Shown piece by piece: positions 1 to 10,774 of a DNA stretch of 64,000 nucleotides; position 1 is the first letter of the stretch; each line of letters begins with the position of its first letter. The DNA comes from a virus (lineage: Duplodnaviria; Caudoviricetes): positions 64,001 through 128,000 of IMG/VR virus record IMGVR_UViG_3300033074_000711, one strand, 5' to 3'. The position numbers and the translations under genes are program-made. The notes under the pieces were generated by a model. That model saw nothing but the letters and a program-made list of their open reading frames with translations. It made no database searches and was not told the origin of the DNA.

Positions 1-404
1 TGTGATTGATATTGTGTATACACAATTGTATTTTTACTATGCATGGATGGAACTAAAACCAAATCCATTTGATTTATATTTTCTAACCATTTAGCACTAA
101 CATGTGTTGTTTCTATTCCTGCTGTTATTCCTATATTATATTTTCCTATTCTTTTAAACTCATTTGGTATTGTTATTTGAACGCAAATATCTGGCTGATT
201 GGTTATACTATGTATAAGTAAATTATTTAACTCACTTTTTAAATCCTCTGGTATATAATTATTAGGTGTTATACCCCAATTTATTGGAATAATCTTAATA
301 TCATATTTATCAATCTTTAATAAAGACCTTAAAATATCTCTAGCATGGTCACCGTAACCACTTCTTGATAAAATTGGTGCTATCAATAATAAACTATTTT
401 TCAT
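1..404 (-). CDS. Glycosyltransferase (GT-B/GT4-like), N-terminal part, runs off the window
   Basis: Manual translation from ATG at 404: MKNSLLLIAPILSRSGYGDHARDILRSL...TIPNEF...GITAGIET...DLVLVPSMHSK; open to the window edge. Confidence 0.75.
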   Translation of the reverse strand, partial: MKNSLLLIAPILSRSGYGDHARDILRSLLKIDKYDIKIIPINWGITPNNYIPEDLKSELNNLLIHSITNQPDICVQITIPNEFKRIGKYNIGITAGIETTHVSAKWLENINQMDLVLVPSMHSKNTIVYTQYQS

Positions 405-405
405 A

Positions 406-1821
406 CTATACCTTTAAAATATTTATTTTATTTTTATCTATTATTTTATTTTCTAAACATAAATTAATACTTTTAACTATATTTTTACACATGCTATCAG
501 AATCCATATTATTTTCTATCAAATATTGTCTACCAACTTGATTATCAATGTTATCTTTATCATGAAATGCTTTTAATAATTGTTTTGTTACATCTTCTGT
601 ATTTACAATATCATCAAAAATATATGGTGTTTCTATAGAACCATTACATGTTGTTGATGCAGGAAAAACTGGATAACACCAATCTCCATGTAATTTTGTT
701 ATCTGACCTTTATTATTTGTATTTTTAATTTCATCAAAATCATCTACTGTAATATATTTATCATCGATTTTAAAACCACATTGGTCTTGTAAACCACCAG
801 TAACATTAACTAAAATTGGTGTACCAGCCATTAGACTTTCAGCAGTTGATAAACCAAAACCTTCTGCATTTGAGATGCTTATTGTTAAATTAGCCATATT
901 ATATAAATAATTCATATGTTTTTTTGAATATACTTGCTCATCAACTATTATATCATAGTTTGAAAACAAATCGCTTATAACAGCATCTAAATCTGTACCT
1001 GCTTGGTCGCTAACTGATGTGTGTAAATATAATAATAATTTTTTATCTTTTAGAATATCACATAAACCCTTATATGACATAATTACATCAGTTATTAATT
1101 TTCTTCTAATATTCCTACTATTAAAAAATATTATAAAATCATAATTCTCTTTATTTTCTGGTAACTTTGTTGATATAAACGTTTTAAATTCAACATCATT
1201 TTCATTTATTGGAAAATAATCTTTTGAATTTATACCATGTGGTACATAAGATAACATTAAATTTTTATCTTTTTTATTTTGAATATTATCTAACTTTAAT
1301 TCATTTACTTTATCTTTACCAACAACATATTTAACATTATTGTACGATAACTTACTAATAGCCATTATTAAATCACACGATTCAAAATATGGTTTATTAT
1401 AATAGCTAAATGGCACATTATCCCAAACATGATAATAAACTATTTTTATACCTCTTTGGTGTATTTCATATTCCATTTCGAATAACCACACCCAATAGCG
1501 TGGGTCTGTAAATATCATTATAATTTCTGGTTTTTCTATATCCATAATTTGTCTTAATAAAAATGGATTACCATAACCATTTGATGGATATATTAGTGTT
1601 TTTATATCATCATAACCTAAATGATTTTTTATATCTTCCGAAACATCAATAATTTTACCAACGTCTGGATTATTTATCATAGAACCTATCTGAACCCAAT
1701 TAAAAACATGTGCTGTATTTATTATTATTTCTTTAGAAATTGTGCCAACACCAGATGGTATTCTCATATCATCACTTAATAATAATATTTTTTTTCTTAA
1801 ATTATAAGGTACATATTCCAT
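406..1821 (-). CDS. Glycosyltransferase family 4 (GT-B)
   Basis: SGVG N-terminal motif, VPHGI, RNIRRK, EGFGLSTAESLMAGTPI (EX7E). Confidence 0.85.
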   Translation of the reverse strand: MEYVPYNLRKKILLLSDDMRIPSGVGTISKEIIINTAHVFNWVQIGSMINNPDVGKIIDVSEDIKNHLGYDDIKTLIYPSNGYGNPFLLRQIMDIEKPEIIMIFTDPRYWVWLFEMEYEIHQRGIKIVYYHVWDNVPFSYYNKPYFESCDLIMAISKLSYNNVKYVVGKDKVNELKLDNIQNKKDKNLMLSYVPHGINSKDYFPINENDVEFKTFISTKLPENKENYDFIIFFNSRNIRRKLITDVIMSYKGLCDILKDKKLLLYLHTSVSDQAGTDLDAVISDLFSNYDIIVDEQVYSKKHMNYLYNMANLTISISNAEGFGLSTAESLMAGTPILVNVTGGLQDQCGFKIDDKYITVDDFDEIKNTNNKGQITKLHGDWCYPVFPASTTCNGSIETPYIFDDIVNTEDVTKQLLKAFHDKDNIDNQVGRQYLIENNMDSDSMCKNIVKSINLCLENKIIDKNKINILKV

Positions 1822-1822
1822 A

Positions 1823-2251
1823 TTAATTCTCTATTAATTTACAAAATTCTTTATCTACTTTAGAAAAAAAGTATTTAAAATACTTATTATCATATTCTGT
1901 TAAATAATCTTTATTCATAAAAAAAATAAAATAATTACAATTTTCTATTATTTTTCTAATTGAAGTATTTATCCCAATATCATTATGTTTATATTTGTTT
2001 AAATACCAAAATTTAGGTAAAAATAAAGTACTTTGATGTTTTACATACTTCATATTAAATGGTGGTATTTCAAAATATTCTATAGAGTGTGATTCACACA
2101 ATTCTTCTATAAAATTGTCTAAACCATATTTATTACCCCGTGTTATAATTGTAACATCGTTTTTATACGAATCTTTAATGTTACTTATAACTTTTTTAAT
2201 TTTAAATTGATTTTCATAATTATCTGAAGTTGTAGCAAATATATAAACCAT
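1823..2251 (-). CDS. Hypothetical protein, possible SLOG/YspA-like fold
   Basis: IITRGNKYGLD...IEYFEIPP resembles the SLOG GGAxGAD segment. Confidence 0.45.
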   Translation of the reverse strand: MVYIFATTSDNYENQFKIKKVISNIKDSYKNDVTIITRGNKYGLDNFIEELCESHSIEYFEIPPFNMKYVKHQSTLFLPKFWYLNKYKHNDIGINTSIRKIIENCNYFIFFMNKDYLTEYDNKYFKYFFSKVDKEFCKLIEN

Positions 2252-2264
2252 TTTATTTTTTTCT

Positions 2265-2642
2265 TTATTTTTTTAAAAGATGATTGTTATTTAAAAACGC
2301 TTTAATAAATCCTATTGAGTTAACTAAACAAGTTAAAAACTCATTTTCACTTTCTTTTTTATATACAAATTTAAATTTACCAGAAAAACTTTCATCATGG
2401 TAAATTATTATATTGGCTTTACTATATCTAAATAAATTATCATGTATAAATTTTATATTATTACTCGAGTATTTATTTAACTCCAAATCTAAATTTTTAT
2501 CACTATTGTACATTATTAGTATATCATTATTAGTATTTATAGTTAAATTTTCTGCTAAATTTATAAACATTTCTAACATATTAAATTTTTTAAAATCATC
2601 AATATCAATTTTTATTCTAACACTAGCCATTTTTTCCGTCAC
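2265..2642 (-). CDS. Hypothetical protein
   Basis: ORF packed into the operon. Confidence 0.55.
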   Translation of the reverse strand: MTEKMASVRIKIDIDDFKKFNMLEMFINLAENLTINTNNDILIMYNSDKNLDLELNKYSSNNIKFIHDNLFRYSKANIIIYHDESFSGKFKFVYKKESENEFLTCLVNSIGFIKAFLNNNHLLKK

Positions 2643-3480
2643 AATGATTATTTAATAATGGGCAATATTTACAATTTTTATTGTTTTTATTAAAAGTTAA
2701 GTTTTGATTATACGAACCATCTTTATTAAAAATAATTTCAATATCATCATTAAAACTTTTAATAACGTTTTTAAGAGTTCTTTCACTACTGGGTGGGTAA
2801 ACGCGCTGTATGCGTTTAGGTGCGTATTGTAATGAATCATTTATAAAAATTTTTTGCTTAAAAATCATAAACTCAACATCAATATTTTCCAGCGGAACAT
2901 TAAATTGTTTACTATAATAATATTTATATAATTGTAATTGAAGTCTCTTATTATCTGATTTTGTTTGGTTTTCAGACCAACCTCTATAAGATTTTTTAAA
3001 ATCTATTATAGTATATTTATTGTTTATAATATCTTTTATAACTATATCAATGTAACCGTGAAAATTTAAATTTTCTGAAATTTTTGATAAAAGCTCAACT
3101 TCACAACCTACTAATTCATAATTCTTTTTTATAAAGTAATCTGCTCTATGTTTTTTAAACCACATTAAAATTTCTAAGCCATCATTATAATACTCAGACA
3201 TTTCGTCAACTGTAACATAATCTTTTATATTTTCACCACACTTTTTAAAATTGTTAATCATAGAATTTTGTAAAAATGTAGAAAAATCGAACCCATCAGA
3301 CTTTTTAATAGATTCATTATATAAAATTTCTAAATATTTTTGTAAAGTTTCATGTAATGCTGAACCAAAAATTAAATGTATATTTCCAGGTGCTGTTTTT
3401 ATTTTATCAATATATAATAATTTAAATTTATATTGACATTCCTTATATGTAACATATTGTGAATAACTTATATTAGACAT
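2623..3480 (-). CDS. PD-(D/E)XK nuclease, RecB/Cas4-like
   Basis: ISYSQ..Y..C, FGSALH, GYIDIV...IIDFK, QLQLY, C-terminal CKYCP...C. Confidence 0.85.
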   Translation of the reverse strand: MSNISYSQYVTYKECQYKFKLLYIDKIKTAPGNIHLIFGSALHETLQKYLEILYNESIKKSDGFDFSTFLQNSMINNFKKCGENIKDYVTVDEMSEYYNDGLEILMWFKKHRADYFIKKNYELVGCEVELLSKISENLNFHGYIDIVIKDIINNKYTIIDFKKSYRGWSENQTKSDNKRLQLQLYKYYYSKQFNVPLENIDVEFMIFKQKIFINDSLQYAPKRIQRVYPPSSERTLKNVIKSFNDDIEIIFNKDGSYNQNLTFNKNNKNCKYCPLLNNHCDGKNG

Positions 3481-3482
3481 AT

Positions 3483-4130
3483 TTATAAAATCCCATCAAC
3501 TAAACCATATTTAACACACTCATCTGGAGTTAAATATATATCACTATTTAATAGCTTATCTAATTCTTTAACTTTTAAATTTGATTCTTCCAAATATATT
3601 TTTTTCATCATATCTTTTATTTTTTTAACATTTTCAGTTTCTTCAATATGTTGTGTTAGCTTTCCATAAAATCCGTATGATACATCGTGTATTAACATCA
3701 ACGAATTTTTCTTCATAAATCGTTTTGTTCCGCTTATAGCTAATATAGAACCACCTGAAGCCGCTATACCACTAACTATTGTATTTATATCTATTACTTT
3801 TTTTAATAATCTTATCTCATCATAAACAGAAAATGCGGCAGTTGCTGAGCCACCGTATGAGTATATAAATAAATTAATACTATTAATCATAATTTGTTGA
3901 GTTTGCATATTAGCTTGTGGTGGTAGTGAATATACAACATTTCTTAAAACCGTTGTCAAATATAACATACTTTCTTCTGTTATATCACCTGTAAAATAAA
4001 TATTATTATCAATAACCTGAATAAGCTTTGAACTTTCTGTAGGTAATACTGTAACATTAACTTCTTCTTTGTTTAAAATTCTTGTTCTTGAGTATAAATC
4101 CACGCTTTTAGATACTACGGTATTTTTCAT
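3483..4130 (-). CDS. ClpP-like serine protease
   Basis: INLFIYSYGGS, AASGGS (Ser), MLIHD (His), YLTPDECVKYGLVD. Confidence 0.85.
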   Translation of the reverse strand: MKNTVVSKSVDLYSRTRILNKEEVNVTVLPTESSKLIQVIDNNIYFTGDITEESMLYLTTVLRNVVYSLPPQANMQTQQIMINSINLFIYSYGGSATAAFSVYDEIRLLKKVIDINTIVSGIAASGGSILAISGTKRFMKKNSLMLIHDVSYGFYGKLTQHIEETENVKKIKDMMKKIYLEESNLKVKELDKLLNSDIYLTPDECVKYGLVDGIL

Positions 4131-4195
4131 ATATATCCTTATTTTGTTTTAAGTAACTGTTATAAATAACCATTATATTATATAAATATAAAAAT

Positions 4196-4630
4196 TTATA
4201 TTTTATTTAATACTTTTTTTACATCTTTTGGTAAAAACCCATTATTTAACAATATTCTTTCTATCTCTATTTTTTTATCATCTTTTATTAATATTAAAAA
4301 ATATATATTGGCATCATATTCTGACACATCATAAAATTTTTGAATATTTTTTATTATAATTTTTTTATTATCATTTTCTTTATCTGATTTTATGTATTCA
4401 CTTCTATAATTATTTTTTGGTATTGTTTTTATATAAAATAAATTTAAAATATTATTAGGTATATTATATTTTTGAATAAAATTAACAACGTGTATAATAT
4501 TAGCATTCATTGATAAAAACTTATTAATCATATATGTTGACCAAATTTTTTCATCGGATTCAGTAACACTATTAAAAAAGTTTAAATCTTTAATTTTATT
4601 TATGTTTTCTATATAATCAAATATTTTCAT
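4196..4630 (-). CDS. Clamp loader small subunit (T4 gp62-like)
   Basis: IFDYIENI...YMINKFLSM pattern; adjacent to polymerase, clamp loader and clamp. Confidence 0.65.
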   Translation of the reverse strand: MKIFDYIENINKIKDLNFFNSVTESDEKIWSTYMINKFLSMNANIIHVVNFIQKYNIPNNILNLFYIKTIPKNNYRSEYIKSDKENDNKKIIIKNIQKFYDVSEYDANIYFLILIKDDKKIEIERILLNNGFLPKDVKKVLNKI

Positions 4631-7209
4631 TTTAATTTAAAAAATTTATTAACGAGTTTAGTTCTGTTATTTGGAAATTCCCAATTTAATGCTTCATAAA
4701 AAGTTTTTAATTTATTTTCTAATTTAGTTTCATACATTTTTTCTTTATCCACATATTTTTCTATTATTTCTAAAATTTGTGGTGGATTAGATTCATCTGT
4801 ATAAGCTAAAGAATCAATATTATATTGATTTTTATATAAATAAACCCACTTAACTTTCATACCGCTTTCAATAAAATTGAATTTTGATTCTAAATTAAAA
4901 TATTTTATCAAATGGTTGTAGTTAATAATACCTTTAATATGTGCTTGTGCACCTTTGGAATAATCAAATAATTTACCAGTTTCGTATTTTTTAATATCTT
5001 TTACACCAGTTGTTTCGGCTAAATAATTATAAGGTACATTTTTAATATTATTTTTATATTCTAAAATCTCATCATCTATATATAAATGTGAATTTTTTTT
5101 ATCATGTTTTATAATTTTATTTAATATTGACTCCATTAAAGTTTTAAAGGATTGTGGTGAACTTGATCTAACAACATCTAAACCTGCGTAAGATATTTTA
5201 TCAATTTGTTTACCTTCATCATCTACGACGTGTAGTGCATAATTCTTTTTGGCAACAAAAAACGCACACTTGCATATTTTTTCCCTTTTCATATCAAAAT
5301 ATGAATTTTTTGATTTAAATATAACAGTGCTTAATTTTTTTAATTCGTTATTAATATGTTTTTGTATTTGATATGATAATTCTTTCGTAAATTCTATTTC
5401 ATTTTCTTTACTTATACCCCATTCTTCTATAAAATCATTAGATGTGAAATAACCAGAATCAGTATCGGAGTAAAGCATTGTGTTATTTATATCTTTTTTA
5501 AGCTTTTTGGAATAATAATTATCAACAACAGCAGATGTGTATTTTATAACACTTTGCCCTGATAATGTCACAGATAAAGCATTGTCTAGATCATAAAACC
5601 TAAATGAATTTAATCCTAAAACACCGTACATTGAATTTAATAATGTTTTTATAGAAAGTTCTATCGTTTTATAAATGTTATAATTTTCTGTATCATTGTT
5701 ATTTCTAAACTCAAAAGATTTTGTTTTGTATTTAACCCTGTCATTAAACCATTTTGTTAAAATATCTGGAATGACACCTGTTTTACTAATGTCATAAACG
5801 ACGCCGTGTGAGGATATTGTCACGTCATTGTTTAATAAAAATGTTTTTAAATCAAAACCTTTTATTTTTTTATTATCATTGTTTTGTATTATTTCATAAA
5901 TTTCATCATCATTTAAAAAATTTAATTCTTCATAATCCTTATTTAATTTTTCAATATTATCCTTATTTATTATTTTACTAATGTTGGGCCACTTTACAAT
6001 TTTAAAAAGTTTAGTTTCTGGTGAAATGTTTAATGTTCTGATGGTTGATGGGTATAATGATGTTGCATCTAAACTAAAAACATTATAATATAAACCTGGT
6101 TTTGGTTCCATGACAAAAGCACCTTCAAAATCTTCTTTATCACTTTTATTAGGTCTATTTTTTGAAATCATGTTTTTATTATATAAAAACGTTATAATAG
6201 AACCTTCTAAATATTTTGACGAGTAATAAATATCTTCATAAATGACATGACCAATGTGACAAATTCTATAAACTAAATCCAATAACTTTAATTTTTCATT
6301 TAACTCAACAACTAATATAACGTCATTTATATTATATTCTATATATTTATTTTTATCTGAATTATATAAATCTTTAAGCGTTCCATCATATTTAATTTTT
6401 TCTTTATTTATTTCAATTTTACATATATTATTTAACGAATAACTAGATCGAGGTTTAAATGTAAATTTTTTGTAAATTTTCATATAATCTAATAATGATA
6501 CACCTTTTATTGACCAAATTTTATTATACTCATCTAAAATAACGGCACCGACTGGACTTAGTGTGTTAACGTATTTGTCGTTAAGTATATTTTTTATTCT
6601 GTTTATTAAATACGGTATATCAAAGTTATCGGTGTTCCAACCGGTTATAACTGTTGGTGAATATTCTGAATAATATTTTAAAAATTCTCTCAATAAAATT
6701 TTTTCATCATCAAATGATAATATTTCTGTATTATTTGTTGTTGAATTTTTAATTTGTTTGCCTTCATCTAAAATAAAAGCCATATATTTATCATCGCTTT
6801 TTAAATACATTGCTATAGCTGTTATTTTATTTTGTGCTAAATTAATGTCTGGTAAAGAATTAGTAATATCAACTTCAATATCAATATACAATTCCCTATT
6901 AATTGATATCTCATCTGAGTGACTGTATTCCTGCACTATTAATTTTAAAGCATTATTGACATCATGTTCTAATATTAAATTATTCTCTATATCATTTTGT
7001 GTCCATCTATAAATTTTATCATATCTATCTCCACTAATAGATATATATTTACCATTTTCATTTAATTTATACGCATATGGTTTAAATTTTTTTACTATCT
7101 TTCCGTTTTTATCGTCAAAAATAACCGCGTTATAATAGTAGTTATTTATATTTTCAGTATCATTATTTTTTTCATATATTTTATTACCTAAATAAACATT
7201 TTGATACAC
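4627..7209 (-). CDS. Family B DNA polymerase (T4 gp43-like)
   Basis: Exonuclease motifs DIEVD, GWNTDNFDIPY, YNINDV; polymerase motifs DATSLYPS, KTLLNSMYG, YSDTDS. Confidence 0.97.
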   Translation of the reverse strand: MYQNVYLGNKIYEKNNDTENINNYYYNAVIFDDKNGKIVKKFKPYAYKLNENGKYISISGDRYDKIYRWTQNDIENNLILEHDVNNALKLIVQEYSHSDEISINRELYIDIEVDITNSLPDINLAQNKITAIAMYLKSDDKYMAFILDEGKQIKNSTTNNTEILSFDDEKILLREFLKYYSEYSPTVITGWNTDNFDIPYLINRIKNILNDKYVNTLSPVGAVILDEYNKIWSIKGVSLLDYMKIYKKFTFKPRSSYSLNNICKIEINKEKIKYDGTLKDLYNSDKNKYIEYNINDVILVVELNEKLKLLDLVYRICHIGHVIYEDIYYSSKYLEGSIITFLYNKNMISKNRPNKSDKEDFEGAFVMEPKPGLYYNVFSLDATSLYPSTIRTLNISPETKLFKIVKWPNISKIINKDNIEKLNKDYEELNFLNDDEIYEIIQNNDNKKIKGFDLKTFLLNNDVTISSHGVVYDISKTGVIPDILTKWFNDRVKYKTKSFEFRNNNDTENYNIYKTIELSIKTLLNSMYGVLGLNSFRFYDLDNALSVTLSGQSVIKYTSAVVDNYYSKKLKKDINNTMLYSDTDSGYFTSNDFIEEWGISKENEIEFTKELSYQIQKHINNELKKLSTVIFKSKNSYFDMKREKICKCAFFVAKKNYALHVVDDEGKQIDKISYAGLDVVRSSSPQSFKTLMESILNKIIKHDKKNSHLYIDDEILEYKNNIKNVPYNYLAETTGVKDIKKYETGKLFDYSKGAQAHIKGIINYNHLIKYFNLESKFNFIESGMKVKWVYLYKNQYNIDSLAYTDESNPPQILEIIEKYVDKEKMYETKLENKLKTFYEALNWEFPNNRTKLVNKFFKLK

Positions 7210-8162
7210 TAATTAACCTCATCAAGTATTTTTAAAATCATTGCAATAACATTTATTTCTTTATCAACAACAAACGCGTCATAATATTGATATTCAGCTA
7301 TTATAACTATTAAATTTTCAATATTAAAATTAATTAAACTATCTATATTATTATATAAATATGTAAAAAAGTCTATAAAATTTTTAACATGATTGTTAGC
7401 TATAATTTTTCTTATATTTTTATATGTTGTTTGTTTATTTTTTTTATAGTTAATTAACTCTTTTAAAATCTCTTCTTTATAATCACTTAAATTTGATAGA
7501 TTTTTATCTAATAACAAAACACCATCTTTATTATACCACTGTATTAACTGTAATAATTTTCTAATATCTGGATAATATTGATTTATTAATATAACTAAAT
7601 CATCTAATGAAAATTTAATATTTTCCTTTTCTAATATAATACTTAAATGTGTTGCTACATCTGATTTATTAGGTGGTAAAATCTCAAGAACTGTACATCT
7701 TGATTTTATAGGGTCTATTATTTTTTCAAGATAATTACAAGTAAAAATAAATCTAACATTATTACTATATTCTTCAATAACTGAACGTAACGCAGCCATC
7801 GAAGATTGTGATAAATAATCAGCTTCATCTAATATTATAATTTTATAACCTGTTAACGAAACTGTTGATGCGTATGGTATTATTTTTTCTCTAACGACGT
7901 CAACACCATTATCATTCGATGCGTTTATATATAAACCATCACAATCGAAACTATTTATTAAAATTTTAGCTAAAGATGTTTTTCCCGTACCCGGTTTTCC
8001 GTGTAACAATAAATTGGGTATATCTTTATTTAAAATGTTATTTTTTAAAGTTTTCTTTAAGTTTTCAGAACCTATAAATGATTCTAAATTATCTGGTCTG
8101 TATTTTTCACAAAATAATGTACTATTTTTACTTGTTGGTTGACTTCTTTTTATTTTAAACAT
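7209..8162 (-). CDS. Clamp loader large subunit (RFC/gp44-like AAA+ ATPase)
   Basis: EKYRP, GKPGTGKT, ILDEAD, SRC motif. Confidence 0.95.
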   Translation of the reverse strand: MFKIKRSQPTSKNSTLFCEKYRPDNLESFIGSENLKKTLKNNILNKDIPNLLLHGKPGTGKTSLAKILINSFDCDGLYINASNDNGVDVVREKIIPYASTVSLTGYKIIILDEADYLSQSSMAALRSVIEEYSNNVRFIFTCNYLEKIIDPIKSRCTVLEILPPNKSDVATHLSIILEKENIKFSLDDLVILINQYYPDIRKLLQLIQWYNKDGVLLLDKNLSNLSDYKEEILKELINYKKNKQTTYKNIRKIIANNHVKNFIDFFTYLYNNIDSLINFNIENLIVIIAEYQYYDAFVVDKEINVIAMILKILDEVN

Positions 8163-8169
8163 GAAACTC

Positions 8170-8889
8170 CTAATTATATGAAACTAAAAAATAATCAGCA
8201 TTAAATACATCATTTTCTATCTTTAATTCAAACATACCATCTTCATAAATATTTATTAAAATGTTTTCATTTTTATATTTTGTTAATATTTTTGATAAAT
8301 ACTTGCAATTAAATTTTAAAGTATTTTCCATAATTTCCTTTTTTATATCACATTTATGTGAAATTCTAACTTTAGATGATGTTGTTTCATCACCGAAATT
8401 AAAATATAATTCATCATCAAATGCCGATAAACTAAACGTCTCATGGTTTATTGTCGATATTGATTTACAAATTTTATTATTTAAACTTTCATTTAATAAA
8501 AATGATACATTTGCTATAGGCATATCATTTATTTCTTCCAGCTGTTTATATAAACTAAGGTCTCTTAAACTATTTTCTATTTTAGAATTTTTATCAAATA
8601 AAATTAAAATACTACTAGTGTTATTATTATTTTGTATTAGCATTTCAATATCTTCATCTAAAATATCTAATAATTTGTTTATTTTAACTGAATCTAATAT
8701 ACCAATTTTAACATTTACCTTTAACTCATATTTATAATTAATATAACCAACTATAACTTGTTGTTCATCTATGAAATTACAATTTATAACATCATTATTA
8801 AAATTCCATATGACGCTATTAATTTTATCGGTTATTAAATATTTATCTATAAAATCTTGTAATACACTTTTTTTAATTTTTATATTCAT
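8170..8889 (-). CDS. Sliding clamp (gp45/PCNA-like), putative
   Basis: About 240 aa next to the clamp loader; FNCKYLSKIL and C-terminal DYFLV pattern. Confidence 0.65.
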   Translation of the reverse strand: MNIKIKKSVLQDFIDKYLITDKINSVIWNFNNDVINCNFIDEQQVIVGYINYKYELKVNVKIGILDSVKINKLLDILDEDIEMLIQNNNNTSSILILFDKNSKIENSLRDLSLYKQLEEINDMPIANVSFLLNESLNNKICKSISTINHETFSLSAFDDELYFNFGDETTSSKVRISHKCDIKKEIMENTLKFNCKYLSKILTKYKNENILINIYEDGMFELKIENDVFNADYFLVSYN

Positions 8890-9625
8890 TTATCCTCTGT
8901 AATGCTATTTGACAATATTTTTCTGAAATATCAAAACCAATGTATTTTCTATTTAATTTATGTGAAACTAATGTGGTTGTACCAGAACCATTAAATGGGT
9001 CACACACTAAATCATTAACATATGTAAACATTTTTATACATCTATATGGCAATTCTTCTGGAAACATTGCTGGATGATTAAAAACTTTTAATTTTTTTTC
9101 AGGTGCAAAATTCCACATACCTATAGCAAAATTAACAAATTCTTCTTTTGTTAAATCTATTTCACCTTTATGTTCTAATTTACATGATTTATTCTTACAA
9201 AAAACTAAAATATATTCAAATGTTGAAGGAAAACTAGGACTAGAAGGGCTCATAAATGAACCCCATGCGGTTCTACAATTAACATGATTTTTATTCCAAA
9301 TTATTGTAGTCATTTGTGTGTATCCTATTTCTTTCAATATTTGTATTAAATCTGAATGAACACTTGTTTTTCCATTATTTTTGTCACCAATATTAATAAT
9401 TATTCTACCATCATTTTTTAATTTATCATATGCGGTAATCCAAACATTTTTCATAAAATCAAGCCATTCTTGGTGAGTTATATTATCTTTATAAGAATCA
9501 TAAAAAATATCAACATTATATGGTGGTGAAGTTATTATTAAATTTATACTATCATTTTTTATTTTTTTAAATCCATTAATACAATCTATGTTATATATAT
9601 TATTTTCCAGTACTTCCGAAACCAT
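8873..9625 (-). CDS. DNA methyltransferase, N4C/N6A beta class
   Basis: TSPPYN, HPAMFP, DPFNGSGTT; start uncertain (overlaps dUTPase end). Confidence 0.92.
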   Translation of the reverse strand: MVSEVLENNIYNIDCINGFKKIKNDSINLIITSPPYNVDIFYDSYKDNITHQEWLDFMKNVWITAYDKLKNDGRIIINIGDKNNGKTSVHSDLIQILKEIGYTQMTTIIWNKNHVNCRTAWGSFMSPSSPSFPSTFEYILVFCKNKSCKLEHKGEIDLTKEEFVNFAIGMWNFAPEKKLKVFNHPAMFPEELPYRCIKMFTYVNDLVCDPFNGSGTTTLVSHKLNRKYIGFDISEKYCQIALQRINEYKN

Positions 9626-10100
9626 TAGAACCTCTATTACTTTTAGTTAATTTATCTGATAACATAATATTATTAAATGATTTTAAATCTTTCTGAACTA
9701 ATTGAAATAATCTACTACCTTCTTTAACAACATAATCTAAATCACTTGTATTATAAACTGGAGATATTAATTCACCTTTATATTCAGAGTCTATTAATCC
9801 AACAGAATTTGACATTATTAATGGTGTTTTTGAAATTGAACTTCTAGGCATTAATAAAAATGGCTCGCAGTAATATTCAATCTTATTTTTTAAATTTAAA
9901 AGTTTATATAATTTATACAATAGTTTGAATTTTTTATATTTCCTAATTTCACATGCTATTCCATATTTTATAAAAGTTGTTTGTTTAGCTTTACATATAA
10001 CATCTTCTTGAACATATAAATCAAAACCAGAATCAGTATTATAATTTTTTTTAACATTATATTTAAATTTTAATTTTTTTAATGGATTTATTACTAACAT
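9600..10100 (-). CDS. dut: Trimeric dUTPase
   Basis: DSGFDL, PRSSISK, GLIDSEYKGE, RLFQL, RGSNGFGSTG. Confidence 0.95.
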   Translation of the reverse strand: MLVINPLKKLKFKYNVKKNYNTDSGFDLYVQEDVICKAKQTTFIKYGIACEIRKYKKFKLLYKLYKLLNLKNKIEYYCEPFLLMPRSSISKTPLIMSNSVGLIDSEYKGELISPVYNTSDLDYVVKEGSRLFQLVQKDLKSFNNIMLSDKLTKSNRGSNGFGSTGK

Positions 10101-10114
10101 TATTTCTCCTATTT

Positions 10115-10300
10115 TTATTTTTTATTATACCCATCTTTGAACCAACCGTCACCTTTTAATTCAAAATATGAATTACTTATAATTAATAACATCTCTTCAT
10201 TACATTTTGGGCAAATTTCTTTTGAATTATCTTTAATTGATTTTTTTAAATCTTTAATTTCATAACCACATTTTTTACATTTATAATCATAAAATGGCAT
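10115..10300 (-). CDS. FmdB-family zinc-ribbon protein
   Basis: MPFYDYKCKKCG...CPKC...FELKGDGWF. Confidence 0.85.
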   Translation of the reverse strand: MPFYDYKCKKCGYEIKDLKKSIKDNSKEICPKCNEEMLLIISNSYFELKGDGWFKDGYNKK

Positions 10301-10530
10301 TACTCACCTAAAATTAAACTAGATTTAGTTTCATTAGTATTATTTTCATCTTCTGTTTGTAAAAATTCTTTATTAACATTTCCGCAGTCTGAACATTTAA
10401 ATACTTCTATTGGTGCTAAACCACCTTTACCATCTTTACTTTCTAACGGTGATACTTTATACAGCATAAATGTTGGTTCAAAATAAATAGAACCACACCT
10501 TTCACAAACTAAAAGTTTTTCTGATAACAT
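10300..10530 (-). CDS. Small zinc-ribbon protein
   Basis: CERCG...CSDCG. Confidence 0.7.
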   Translation of the reverse strand: MLSEKLLVCERCGSIYFEPTFMLYKVSPLESKDGKGGLAPIEVFKCSDCGNVNKEFLQTEDENNTNETKSSLILGE

Positions 10531-10531
10531 A

Positions 10532-10774
10532 TTATTTCTCCATTTCTATTTTTATTTTATTCAATCTTTTTTGTTCTTTATTTTTAATATTTAATGTATT
10601 ATATGATTTTAATTCAGCAATTTGTTTATATTTTTCACTTAAATATTCAATTAAAATTAACCTAATATCTGGTGTAACATAATTTAAATCAGATAAAATT
10701 ATATCACATTCTTTTGTAATATTATTTAATATTTCTGAAGTATTACCAAAATATATATTATTTATTTTTTTCAT
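10532..10774 (-). CDS. Hypothetical protein
   Basis: ORF packed into the operon. Confidence 0.55.
   Translation of the reverse strand: MKKINNIYFGNTSEILNNITKECDIILSDLNYVTPDIRLILIEYLSEKYKQIAELKSYNTLNIKNKEQKRLNKIKIEMEK

Noticed and set aside
4627-7209. Intein or split in the DNA polymerase
   Set aside because: All motifs are contiguous in an 860-aa ORF with no Hint motifs
8873-9625. Restriction-modification system
   Set aside because: No adjacent restriction endonuclease; orphan methyltransferases are common in phages
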